Source: Okamejei kenojei
Taxonomy: Eukaryota
Length of the DNA: 64,000 bases
Direction: 5' to 3'
Assembly: GCA_035221665.1 (NCBI GenBank)
Contig: CM069154.1
Coordinates: 6,138,001 to 6,202,000 of the forward strand
Part shown: positions 1-12,800 of the stretch, piece after piece
Layout: each line of letters opens with the position of its first letter
Position numbering within the stretch: position 1 is the first letter of the stretch
Notes under the pieces: model-generated
Seen by the model: only the letters and a program-made list of their open reading frames with translations
Told to the model about the DNA's origin: nothing
Databases searched by the model: none
Translations under genes and position numbers: made by a program

Positions 1-1643
1 AAAAAGGGATAAAAAAAATACCATAAAACAAAAGGAAAAACTAAAATTCAAGGTAAAAATTGTTGTTATAAGGAAAGATCTCCAAATGAGATCCATCGCT
101 ATATTTAACTCTATTCATTAAATAAACATTAGTTGTTAATTATTAGTAGTAGTGAACAATCTTAATTGGTAAAAATAATACTAATAATACCGCGTTGTGA
201 TTTTAATATTTGTGTTATTTATTTATATTAGTTATGTGATGAAACTAATTATTAATATCCAGATAACACTTTCCGATCCAGTTTTTTCTCTCAATTCCAT
301 TCGACATTGTCCATTCCGTCCAGTCCAATATTATCTTGTAAGATCTTACAGGATGTTGAGAGTCCGTGTAAAATCTCTAAAAGTAGTGAGAGTCAGTATA
401 TTCACTTGTAGATATTTTTCAGGTCTTGAACTGCTGTGCGAATTCCAGTGCTGCTGTTGGGGTGTTAAAGAAATGTTCCGCATCGTTAAAAGTAACTCTT
501 AAAGTAGCTGGGTAATTCAAACCATATCTCAGGTTTTGCACACCCCTCATGAGACTTTTAGCTTCATTAAATGCTTTCCGTTTCCTGGCAACCTCTGGTG
601 GGTAATCTCGGTAGATACTGATCCTTTGTCCTTCAAATATCAGGTTTCTGTTTCTCGAAGCTTTTCGCATAATCTCATCCAGAACAAAGTCATATTGTAG
701 CTTTATAATCATTTGTCTTGGAGGGGCGTTTGGTCTGGTCTGACGTCTGCTGACTCTATGAGCACGAGCTAATAAAGGCGTTTCTTCCAGAGATAGAATA
801 TCTTGCAGTAGTTTTGCAGCAAATTCGAGGATCTTCGTTTTTCTCTCGTCCTTCAGGAATCCCTCAGATTTTGTCTTCTCTGATGTCCTTCTAGCTCAAT
901 ACATTTCTCTGTTGTTTTAGTCAGCAAGTTCGTTAGACGTTCATTTTCTGTAAGCAGCTTTGCTGTAGTCAAAGCACTTGTATCAGCTATTTCTTCAAGG
1001 TTCTTTATACCAGCCGTCTGTTGTTCCAGTACTTCCTCCATAGGATTCATCCTATTTTGAAAGTCTTTTTTAACCTTTTCAAGTTTTTTGTCCATCTTCT
1101 TTGCCATTTCATTAAACATTTCAGTGAATTCATTCTTCAAATCTTCCGATAATTTCTTGATCTTGTTTTCAATATTTAACTTTGTTTCCTGTTGGAATTC
1201 TTTCAATTGATTATTCATCTGGTTCATCTGAGTGTTCATCTGGCTGTTCATCTGGTTCATCTGGTTGTTCATCTGGTTTATTTCTTCCTTTAAACCAGCA
1301 ATCTGTTGAGAAATAAAAGTTTTCAATTCCTCACCTTCCGTTTTTTTCCCTGTTCTTTTGGATACATCTTCCAGGGAGGAGGTCCTACTCGAGTCCGAGG
1401 CTTCAGTTTGGCCTTCTGGCTGTCTCTGCCGGGTTGATCGACCTTTCCCCTTGTCGGTAGGGCTCCATGCTGTTGACATAATTAGTCGCGCGCCTGATGA
1501 CGTCACTCACAACACTCGGTGCAGAAACGGCAGGCAGCAAGCAGCAGACAGCGGGTAGGTCCCTTAATCCCCCGTTTTTTCCAGTTTTTTTTCGTGGAGC
1601 TGGCTGGCGTTATCCTCTAGCCCTCCATAGCGCCACCGGAAGT
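1..1643 (-). mobile_element. LINE-1 (L1 clade) 5' UTR + ORF1 + start of inter-ORF spacer, running off the left edge
   Basis: Reverse complement starts ACTTCCGGTGGCGCTATGGAG, the same as the 5' end of the full-length L1 at ~9813. ORFs 853..1506 and 419..712 give a frameshifted L1 ORF1p (coiled coil, RRQNLR, ISIYRDYPPEV, YGLNYPATLRVT). Confidence 0.92.
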
Positions 1644-3120
1644 TCTAAGATGGGTGATCTTTATAAGGAAAACTCTTTCCTTTCATTTCAAGAGTTACAA
1701 CAAACTTATGGACTACACAATAAAGAATATTTTAGATATTTACAAATCAGAAATTATGTTTCTGCAAATACACAAGAACTTAGAAATAGAAAGACAGAAA
1801 TTTTAGATGAATGCTTGAATAAACATCCAAATACGGGAAAAAATGATATCATATATATACAATATTTTATTGGAAAGTGATGTTCCATCAACAGAAATAC
1901 ATAGACAGTCTTGGGAAAATGAATTAGGCCAAATTATAAGACCAGAAATATGGGATGAAAGTTTACAACATATACATCATTGCTCGTTAAATGCTAAACA
2001 TTCCCTTATACAGTTTAAAATACTACATAGATTACATTATTCCAAATCTAAATTACATAACATTTTTCCAAAAGTATCCTCTATATGTGATAAATGTCAA
2101 AACTCAGAAGCAAATTTGTCACACTCATTCACTAACTGTATAAAAATTGTAAAATACTGGAATGAAATATTTAAGATAATTTTGAATGTTGTCAATATAA
2201 CTTTGACTCCTGATCCAAAGTTAATAATACTTGGAATACTAGAAACTGACCAACTAATAACAATGAACCAAAGAACTTTTATCGACTATGGTTTAATAAT
2301 TGGGAAAAAATTAATATTAAAATTTTGGAAAGGCCCTACATCCCCAACAATCAAAATGTGGAACATAGAAATGTCGGAGACACTTCATCTGGAGAGATTG
2401 AGGCTTGTCCTAATGGACAGGTTAGATCTCTTCAGAGGGATTTGGTCTCCATATATTAAATATTTACAGGGTCATAATGGTTCGGCACGAGGACTTGACT
2501 GAGGCCTGAATATTTCAATAGATGAAGAAATATATATAATAAATCATGAATATATCTCCAAGGACGGATTAATGATTAATACTCCATTCTCCATCAAACT
2601 TTTCACACTCTTTTTCTCTATTTTTTCAAACTTTATAAAAAATTAGAAAATGTATAGAAACACATAATCTTAAATTTTTAATATCAGTACGAATATAAAT
2701 ATCACTAATTTTATGAAAGTATTATTAGTATCATGTATTTTCAATTATATAAAATATATAATTTTAAATTTTAAAATCAATGATAATACAAATATTATTA
2801 ACAGTATGAAAATATAATGAATATCATAAAAGTTTTACTAGTATTACGTATTTTTAATTATATAAAATTTGGTCCTACATTTCAAAATCAGTGACAATAC
2901 AAATATTATCAACAGTACGAGTATATTACTAATATTATAAATGTATTACTAGTACCATGTATTCTCAATTATATAAAATATATAATCTTAAAATTTATAA
3001 TCAATAATAATACAAATAATATTAACAGTACGAATATATCATTAATATCATGTATTTTCATCATTGTAAAATAATGTACTTTGTTATTATTTTGTTTCTA
3101 TAATAAAAATATTTAAAAAA
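1644..3120 (+). mobile_element. L1 3' fragment (ORF2 C-terminal CCHC region, AT-rich 3' UTR, A-tail) inserted in the V exon of gene 1
   Basis: ORF 1843..2502 contains CDKC...HSFTNC and ends GLD*, like the other two L1 copies. AATAAA plus an A-run ends at 3120, directly abutting V-exon codons. Confidence 0.92.
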
Positions 3121-3409
3121 AGAGGAGTTTTGGGAAGAGCGATAACAATCGATTGTCACTATGTCGCAGAGTACCGCTGACACGCAAAATATTGGTGCGG
3201 TGGAAGGAGTCGCCAGTGTGCAGTTTTTGTGGAAACAAATGGACAACACGGTCGGAGTGGAAGAGTGTTAATCACAGATAAACCGGCACGAGGAATATTT
3301 ACTGTGACTGTGGAGGATCTTCACTCCGGAGATACAGGATGGTACAACTGTGGAATTAATACACCTGGCAAGGATCCATTGTTTAACGTTCATCTCCAAG
3401 TATCAGACG
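3121..3409 (+). pseudogene. Gene 1 (CD300/pIgR-like, MDIR-like receptor) V-set exon, 5' end cut off by L1, with an in-frame stop
   Basis: Translates RGVLGRAITIDCHYVAEYR*HAKYWCGGRSRQCAVFVETNGQ...FTVTVEDLHSGDTGWYNCGI...VHLQVSD. The KYWC-x6-C and D-x-G-W-Y-x-C motifs are CD300/pIgR family hallmarks. TGA at 3178-3180 (TCA in gene 3). Phase-1 donor G|GTACGT. Confidence 0.88.
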
Positions 3410-3589
3410 GTACGTTTATCAGCGATTGACTGGACGTCTCCACTGTAATGCCCGAACCATGTTTTCTCCGGGAGGGGTCAGGATTAGCACCGATACCCCG
3501 ATGCTCCGCAGCAGTGCAAACACCTGCGGGGAGCGGGCGGGAGTCGGGAGACCCCACTCATGTTGCTCTCACCCAGTGCGGAGGGTCAT

Positions 3590-3925
3590 ATGTTCAAAAG
3601 CGATAGGAGCAGAATTAGGCCATTCGGCCCATCAAGTCTATTCCGCCATCCAATCATGGCTGATCTATCTCTCCCTCCTAACTCTATCTCCTGCCTTCTC
3701 CCCATAAGCACAGACACCTGCACTAATCAAGAATCAATTAATCCCTGCCTTAAAATTATCAATTGCCGGCCTCCACGGCCTTCAATGGCAATGAATTAAT
3801 TCCATAGATTCCCCAAAGTCTGACTGAAGAATTTCCTCCTCATCTTCTAGCTGACGTAGGTGTTTTTATTCTGTCCTCTGGTCCTCGACTTTCCTATTAG
3901 TGGAAACATCCTCTCCGCATCCACT
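3590..3925 (-). mobile_element. CR1-type LINE 3' end fragment
   Basis: Similar to the other CR1 3' ends in the window (aggccattcggcccatc...catggctgatct...ctagtggaaacatcctctcc). Confidence 0.7.
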
Positions 3926-4279
3926 CCTGCTGTGCCCGGGGCAATGACAGACAGGGCAGTCCGGGCTGCTGAAGCCTGCAGAGTTTAATTTACTTTAGTT
4001 TAGTTTATTGTTGTCACTTGTTCTGAGCTGCAGTGAACAGCTTTTTTTTTTGCTGTGTGCTTTCCAGTCAGCAAAAAAATACGATACATGGTAACAATCA
4101 AGCCGTTCACATTGTAGAGATGCGGGAGAAATGGTATAACGTTTAGAGACACGGGGAGGTAGGTGAGCGGGTGAGATTTCAACAGCTCTGGTTTTGATTT
4201 GGCGATGGTAGACATTTACCGAGTAATTTTTAAAAAAATATATTTCCTCAGTTTCAGAATGTTTGATCCTTTCCTACAG

Positions 4280-4594
4280 AACCCGTGTCTGTTCCTGTCC
4301 TTGTATTCCTGTCACCAACCAATGTCTCATGTACCTATGGCTCAGTATCACTGTCCTGTGAGTCTGTCCAGGGATCCCTGCCCGTTCGGTGCACATGGCA
4401 TGAAAGGGCCACATCTATGGATTCAAAGATCTCGAACAACAGTCAATTGGATCTACACTGTGGATCCTTCAAACTCCAGCGCCATCAATATTACTGCGCA
4501 GCCTCCAATAATCGTGGAACAAAATCCAGTGAAATGGTCAACGTGACAGTCATCACCAGAGTGGTGTGTTGTCATTATGTGACAGTAATTAAAG
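4280..4594 (+). pseudogene. Gene 1 C2-like Ig exon
   Basis: Acceptor ttcctacag|AA. Translates EPVSVPVLVFLSPTNVSC..SVSLSCES..W..LDLHC..HQYYCAASN. 315 nt, phase 1-1, homologous to 28021-28344. The equivalent donor is non-canonical G|GCAAGT. Confidence 0.82.
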
Positions 4595-4769
4595 GCAAGT
4601 ATCACATTCATCATTCATTAATCAATCTGGATGTTTACCTTTTTTTTTAAATTAATGCCAATTGATTTCTAGGTTGGAGATGGACGTGGCATTTGTGGCT
4701 GATCGAGTAAAGTAAAATCTAGGTGCTGCACACTACTTCTGGGTGTGGAGCGATACAAATGTTCGTGTC

Positions 4770-4965
4770 GGAAGGAACTGCGGATGCTGGTTTATACCGA
4801 ATATAGACACAAAGTGCTGGAGTAACCTAGCGAGTCAGGCAGCATCTCTGGGCAACACGGATGGGTGACATTTTGGATCGCGACGCTTCTTCGGACCCAA
4901 AACGTCACTAATCCATTTTCTAAGGAGATGATGCCTGACCCGCTGGATTACTCCAGCAATCTGTG
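4770..4965. mobile_element. Inverted pair of Penelope-tail/hammerhead short repeats
   Basis: Minus copy (aaggaactgcggatgctggt...cagcatctctg) followed by plus copy (gacccaaaacgtcac...gatgcctgacccgctggattactccagca). Confidence 0.65.
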
Positions 4966-5288
4966 ACTTGTTTCGGATTGGGACCCTTATTGAGACTGCA
5001 AATAACCTGGTTGTCTACAGCTCTATACCTATGCAATAATGGTGAGTTTCAATCAAGTTGAACTGTGAAATGTAACTTTTAATTGATGTTGCCTAGTTTG
5101 GAGAAGATCTCGAAGAATGAATGCGAAGGGATATATTTGAGAGGACAGCGAGAATGCTCAGTATTTTCTGGCAGTAGTTGATATTTCGTGTCACTACCGC
5201 AGGTCCAGAAAGCCAGAGGTGGGAGGGAAGAAATCAGTAAGTGTGGACAAACGGTCAGCTATTTTGATTTAATTCCCTTTCTCAACAG

Positions 5289-5391
5289 ACCTTGAATATC
5301 ATTGTGAAACCTTAACAACGGAATGGACAACGACGCCATCTGAGAATGCGAAAATAACATCGAACAGTACCCGATCCAGGTCCTTTGAAAT
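5289..5391 (+). pseudogene. Gene 1 Ser/Thr-rich stalk exon
   Basis: ctcaacag|AC...; translates DLEYHCETLTTEWTTTPSENAKITSNSTRSRSFE. Phase 1-2 with donor GTACAAT, the same donor sequence as the gene 2 stalk exon. Confidence 0.72.
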
Positions 5392-5490
5392 GTACAATGT
5401 TCTCAATTGATCCGTGTTGCGTCTGTATGAGAGAGACCTGCTTCAGATTGTCTCGTTTAGTTTAGAAATACAGCATAGTTAATAACATCA

Positions 5491-5778
5491 ATGACGGAAG
5501 TCATTAGATGGATAGCCATGTTAATATGGCTAACACAAACTACATCTATTCCAGATGTAGTTCTTTCCACCTTTACACACAACACTTTAATCTATCTTTT
5601 ATTTATCTTTCATATCTATTGTATTTCTCGGTTTGAATGGAGTAATATATTGTACCAATGGAGATATATTCGTGAGGGACAAAAAAGAGATTTAAAATTC
5701 ATCTATTCAAGGTTCAGGTGTAAGGTTGGGGGTCTATCGCGCTGATCCTTAGACTCTATTAGATCTCTACAAATTTAA
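5491..5778 (+). CDS. Putative L1 inter-ORF hydrophobic protein, outer copy (premature stop at 5743-5745 after a G-run expansion)
   Basis: 84-aa ORF homologous to 11666..11959. The frame reaches TAA at 5776-5778, one base before the ORF2 ATG (5780). Confidence 0.45.
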
Positions 5779-7795
5779 AATGCAAGACTTAAAAAGAAAT
5801 ACGGGGAATGAGGGATTAACGTTTTGCAGTTTGGAATGTTAAAGGTATTAACGAACCGATAAAGAGAGGAAAAGTATTGGCACATTTAAAAGGCAATTTA
5901 AAGCTGATGGTAATTTATATTCAAAAAAACCCACTTAAAAAAAGGTGGCGGAAAACAGGTTGAAAGCTAAATGGATAGATAAAATATATCATTCTTCTTT
6001 TACACATAAATCAAGAGGCGTAGCAATATTATTTCGTAAAGGCACTTTATTTAAACATACAATCAACCATAGCTGATAAAGATGGCAGATACATTATTGT
6101 GATAGGAGAATTAAATACAGAAAAAAATGATTTTTGTGTAATATATATGGACCAAATTTTGATAGTCCATTGTTTTTTTAAGAAGTATTTAACAATATCC
6201 CGGAATTAACACAATATAATTTGATAATTGGAGGAGATTTTAACTGTACATTGGATCCCAATTTAGAACAGATCTACAAAACAAAGAAAAATTAAATCAC
6301 ATTCTAGTGATTTATTAAATGCATACATGCAAACGACCAATATTAAAGATGTTTGGAGAACAGAAAACCCTACGGGACGAGAATATTCTTTACTCCCCAG
6401 TACAATAAAACTTATTCAAGAATAGATTATTTTTGGTGGATGCAAAACTTATTTCACTTACTTATGAATCTAAATATGATAATATTATAATCATCAGATC
6501 ATGGCGCCATTAACATTTAAAATTTAAAATCAATGGCAAAATAGAAAACTCAGGACAGTGGAAACTTAACCCACAAATTTTAAAAAATAAAGCCACCCAG
6601 GAATATATCATAACTCAAGTTAAGATTTTTTTTGAAATAAATGATCAACCAGAGATATCCCGTTCTTTATTATGGGAAACATTTAAAGCATATCCTCCGG
6701 GGAATCAAGATTTCTTCACAAGCATTCTATAACAAAAAGATTCGGAAAGAACAACAAGATTTAGAAAAGGAGAATTAAACAATTAAGATATACAGAATGC
6801 AACAAAAACCAGTTATAATATTACATAATAAAATTGTAACATTGAAATATAAATTAAACAAAATATATACAGATCAAGTGATAAAATTTTATCAACATAC
6901 TAAACAATTACAGTTTTGAGAATTTGGGGACAAACCCCAAAATTTATTGGCTCGACAATTAAGGAAAATTGAAGCGGAAAAAATCATACATAGGATTAAA
7001 TCACAAAACGGTGAATTATTAATACAACCTAAAGATACAAATGAAAGATTTATGCAATATTATAAAAATTTATACACTGCTAAAGCAACAGTAAATAAAA
7101 TAGAAATAGATGCATTCTTAAAAAAATGTAACCTGAAAGGATTGGATTTTACAAAACAGAGAATTATTAAATGCTGATATTTCAATAAATGAAATTGAAG
7201 AATCTATTAGATCATTAAAAAACGGGAAAACACCGGGACCCGATGGTATAGGTTCGAATTTTATAAAATATTTCATGATTATATGGTTCCATAATCTGAA
7301 ATCATTATATGAACAGATATACATACAACAGAAATTACCAGATACGTTGAATGAATCTATTATAACAACTTATACCTAAAACTAAATAAAGATTTGGATA
7401 ACCAGGATCATATAGAGCAATAGCTCTATTAAATACAGATCAAAAGATATTAACAAAAATATTAAGCAAAAAGACTGAGTTCAGTCGTTAATACGAACTA
7501 ACCATCCCGATCAAACAGATTTATACCAAAAAGATACTCTTCATACAACCTAAGACGGTTGTTCGATATTATATATTCGAAAAAGAGTGTGATAAAATAG
7601 ATTTAGTAGTCATTTCGCTTGATGCAGAAAAAGCTTTGACCAAGTAGAATGGCCTTATTATTTCGGTGATGGAAGCTTTCAAACTGGGGGAGGAGTTTAT
7701 TACTTGGATTAAATTACTATATGCAAATCCAATAGCTAGAATAACAACAAATCGAATGTTATCAACTAAAATTAATTTATCTCGAGGTGTAAACA

Positions 7796-8965
7796 TAGAA
7801 ACATAGAAACATAGAAATTTAGGTTGGCAGGAGTAGGCCATTCAGCCCATTCGAGCCTGCACCGCCATTCAATATGATCATGGCTGATCATCCAACTCAG
7901 TTCCCGTACCTGCCTTCTCCCATACTCCTGATCCCCTTAGCCACAAGGGCCACATCCAACTCACCTCTTAAATATAGTCCAATGAACTGGCCTCAACTAC
8001 CCTCTGTGGCAGAGAGTTCCAGAGACTCACCACTCTCTGTGTGAAAAAAGTCTTTCTCATCTCGGTCTTAAAGGATTTTCCCCCTTATCCTTAAGCTGTG
8101 ACCCCTTGTCCTGGACTTCCCCAACATCGGGAACAATCTTCCTGCATCTAGCCTGTCCAACCCCCTTAAGAATTTTGTAAGTTTCTATAAGATCCCCTCT
8201 CAATCTCCTAAATTCCAGAGAGTATAAACCGAGTCTATCCAGTCTTTCTTCATAAGAACAGTCCTGACATCCCAGGAATCAGTCTGTGAACCTTCTCTGC
8301 ACTCCCTCTATGGCAATAATGCCTTCCTCAGATTGGAGACCAAAACAGTTACGCAATACTCCAGGTGTTGTCTCACCAAGACCCTGTACAACTGAAGTAG
8401 AACCTCCCTGCTCCTGTACTCAAATCCTTTGGGGGGGGGCTATGAAAGCTAACATACCATTCGCTTTTTTCTCACTGCCTGCTGCACCTGCATGCCTACT
8501 TTCAATGACTGGTGTACCATGACACCCAGGACTCGCTGCATCTGCCCCTTTTCCTAATCGGCCACCATTTAAATAATAGTCTGCTTTCCTGTTTTTGGGG
8601 GGGGGGGGGGGGGGCCACCAAAGTGGATAACCTCACATTTATCCACATTATACTGCATCTGCCAAACATTTGCCCACTCACCCAGCCTATCCAAGTCACC
8701 TTGCAGTCATCTAGCATCCTCCTCACAGCGAACACTGCCCCCAGCTTAGTGTCATCCGCAAACTTGGAGATATTGCCTTCAATTCCCTCATCCAGATCAT
8801 TAATATATATTGTAAACAGCTGGGGTCCCAGCACTGAGCCCTGCTACCCCACTAGTTACTGCCTGCCATTGTGAAAAGGACCCGTTTACCTCCTACTCTA
8901 TGCTTCCTGTTTGCCAGCCAGTTCTCTATCCCACATCAATACTGAACCCCTAATACCGTATGCTT
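7796..8965 (-). mobile_element. CR1 LINE 3' ~1.2 kb nested in outer L1 ORF2
   Basis: (AAACATAG)n tail and an RT remnant ([30 protein letters not shown]). TAAACA is duplicated at 7790-7795 and 8966-8971, and removing the insert rejoins the L1 RT sequence. Confidence 0.9.
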
Positions 8966-9812
8966 TAAACAAGGTTGTCCTCTATCACCTTTATTGTTTG
9001 CATTAGTAATAGAACCCTTGCCCAGAGGGTGAGATTACACCCGGAAATACATGGATATGATACTACAGATAACTAAGAATAAAATCTCCTTATATGCGGA
9101 TGATGTATTACTTTATATCACTGAGCCAGAAAAACAAGTATCCGAAATTATGTTAAAACTAATAACGGAATTTGGATCACTCTCAGGATACAGTATCAAT
9201 TGGAATAAAAGTGAACTTATGCCAATAAACGGTGAATAATTTACATATATTGCAACAATTCCCTTTTAAAGATAACAAATGAAAAATATTAAATATCTTG
9301 GGGATTTTTTTGTTACAAAAACATTTGACTCTTTATTTAAATTTAATTTCCCTCCATTACTGAATAAATTAAATAAGAATTTTTATACTGGAAAAAGCTT
9401 ACCTATTTCAATGATAGGTAAAAATTAATGCAATAAAAATTATCTTTCTCCCACAATTATTATATTTATTTCAATTAATTCCGATATATCTTCCTAAATT
9501 TTTTTTTAAAAAAAGTAGACTCTATAATTACTAACTTTAACTGGGATTATAAGAGCCATAGAATAAATAAAAAACACTTATGTAAATCTAAAATAAACGA
9601 GGATTAGCATTACCAAATCTTATGTTTTATTACTGGGCAGTTAATATTAAAAATATGAATTTTTGGCTAGAAGAAATAGATAATAAACCAAATTGGTTAA
9701 ATATGGAAAAAGAAGATTGTTCTCCATTTGAAATTAGCTCTATAATATTTGCTAACACTAATGTAGCTAAGAAAAGTTTATAGTGAAAATCCGATAATAG
9801 AAAACGGAATTC

Positions 9813-12800
9813 GACTTCCGGTGGCGCTATGGAGCCTTAAAGCATAGCGCCAGCCATCTCCGCAAAAATTTTGAAAAAACGGGGATTTAAACGGATTTAA
9901 AAGAACTTACCCCGATCGCCTGCTTTTACTGTCTGCCGCTTCAACATTGACGGTACCGGCTGACGTCATCAGCCCTGCGACAAATCATGACGGCACGGAG
10001 CCCTACCGATAAAACGAAGGGTCGAAAAACCCGGGCGAGAGCGGGAGAAGGCCTGGGAGAAGCCTCGGACTCGAGTAGGGCCAGTTCCCTGGAAGACGTC
10101 TCCAGGAAAGCAGACACAGGAGGTGAGGACTTGAGAACTTTTATTTCTCACCAGATGGCTGATTTTAAAACGTGAGTTCAAGGCAGAAATGAAAGATATA
10201 AAGAAAGAAATGAAAGAAATAAAGGGAGATATAAAGGAAGAAAAAGAAATCTCTCAAATTAATAATCAGATGGACTTGATGAAAAATCAATGGAGTGAAT
10301 TTCAAAAAAGATACAAAGACACAAATTGATAATAAGTTCAAGAAAGAATCAGAAATATTGAAGAATGAAATCATTGATATGATTAATAATATGGAACGCA
10401 AGATGGAGGCTAAAACTTGAAAAATGTTAAAAAAGACTTTAAAAATAAGATTGACCCTATTGCAAATGTGGTCGAACAACAAGTTGATGGCATTAAAAAC
10501 CTTGAAAAGATAGCGGAGGCTAGTACTGTGTCTACAGCAAAGCTGATAACAGAGCAAGAACGTCTACTGGAGTTGTTATCCAAAGTAACAGATAAATGCA
10601 CGCAGCTAGAAGGCTATCAAAGAAGGCAGAACTTGAGGATTGCAGGGATTCCTGAAGGTCTAGAGAAACACGAAGACACTCGAGAATTCACTGCTAAATT
10701 ACTGCAAGCTGTTTTATCTTTGGATGATATGCCTGTTTTAGCTCGTGCACATCGAGTCGGCAGAAGACAGACCAGTGCAAATGCCCCCCCAAGACAAATC
10801 ATTGTAAAGTTACAATATGATTTCACTCTCGAGGATATTATGCGGAGAGCCTCGAGAACAAAGAATCTGATGTTTCAAGGACAAAGAATCAGTATCTATC
10901 GAGACTATCCCCCAGAGGTTGCCAGAAAACGAAAAGCGTTTAACGAAGCCAAAAACCTTATGAGGGGTGTAGAAAACTTGAGATACGGTCTGAATTACCC
11001 AGCCATCCTAAGAATTACTTATAACAGCGTGGAACACTTTTTCAAGACTCCAACAGAAGCAATGGAATTTGCAAAGCAGTTTGACACTTGAAAACCATCT
11101 ACAAGCAAATATACTGTCTTTTACTATTTTTAAAGACCTAGTACGGTCTCTTAACATTCTATGAGACTTTATACGACAATATGGAATTAGAAGAAATCAG
11201 AAGGAACGGACAATGTCGTATGGAACGAAATGTTTTCCCGGATTGGAAGAAGCTCACCGAACATTGACAATTACTCATAATATATAACTAACACAAACAA
11301 AATAACACACATACTAAAATTATAACGCGGTTTTATTATTACTATGACTGTTATTAACCAAGACTGTTCACTATTGCTAATTAATACTACTAATAATTAA
11401 TATTTTATGTTTTGTTACATTTGGAGATACCCTCCCCTTAATGTATTTTTTCCTCTTTTAATAATGATTTCTATTTTTTGTATTTAAAAAAAAACTCTTT
11501 ATCTGTGGCTTTATAATTAGATTTTTTTAAACTAATTTTAGATATATATACTTTTATGATGATTAATATCACTCCTTTCATTTCTTTAATATTATATTCC
11601 CGTTAAAATATTATCATGGAATAATAATTCCTTAAAATTAGGAGCTGGCTAAATTAATAACATCAATGCCGGAAGCCTTTAGATTAATAGCCAATATAGT
11701 TTGGCTTTCACAAACTACAAATATTTTATTTGTAGTTTTTCTACTCTTATTGCACTCTACTAAGCTTTTTACTTACTTTTCATTATTCTTTTATGTTTAC
11801 TATATCTTTCAGTTTGAATGGAGCTATACACTGGAACAATGGAGATATATTCGTGAAGTATATAAAAGAGACCTAAAATTCGTCTATTCGGTGTTCGGGT
11901 GTAAGGTTAGGTCTACTGCGCGGACCCTTGGACCCTATTCTAGATTCCCACAAACCTAAAATGCAGGATTTAAAAAGAAATATGGGGAAACGAGGGATTA
12001 ACCTTTTGCAGTTGGAATGTTAAAGGTATCAATGAACCAATAAAAAGAGGAAAAATATTGACACACTTAAAGGCAATGAAAGCTGATGTAATTTATATTC
12101 AAGAAACTCACCTAAAGAAAGACGCTGAAAATAGGCTTGAAAGCTAAATGGATAGATAAAATATATCACTCTTCCTTTACGCATAAATCAAGAGGCGTAG
12201 CAATATTATTTCGTAAAGGTACTTTATTTAAGCATATATCTACTATATCTGATAAAGATGGCAGATACATTATTGTAATAGGAGAAATAAACAGGGAAAA
12301 AATGATTTTTGTTAACATCTATGGACCAAATTTTGATAGTCCTTTATTCTTTAAGAAAGTACTTAATAATATTCCAGAATTAACACATTACAATTTGATA
12401 ATTGGAGGAGATTTTAATTGTACATTAGACCCTTATTTAGATAGATCTTCAAAACAAAGGAAAACTAAATCGCATACTAGTGATTTATTAAACGCATACA
12501 TCCAAACGACTAACATTAAAGATGTTTGGAGAACAGAAAATCCTACTGGTCGAGAATATTCCTTCTACTCGCCAGTACATAAAACTTATTCAAGAATAGA
12601 TTACTTCCTAGTAGATGCAAAGCTTATTTCACTTACTTACGAATCCAAATATCATAATATTATAATTTCAGATCATGCACCATTAACATTTAAAATTAAA
12701 ATAAATGGTAAAAACAGAAAATCTAGGACAATGGAAACTTAATCCACAAATTTTAAAAAATAAAACCACTCAGGAATACATTATAACTCAGATTAAGATG

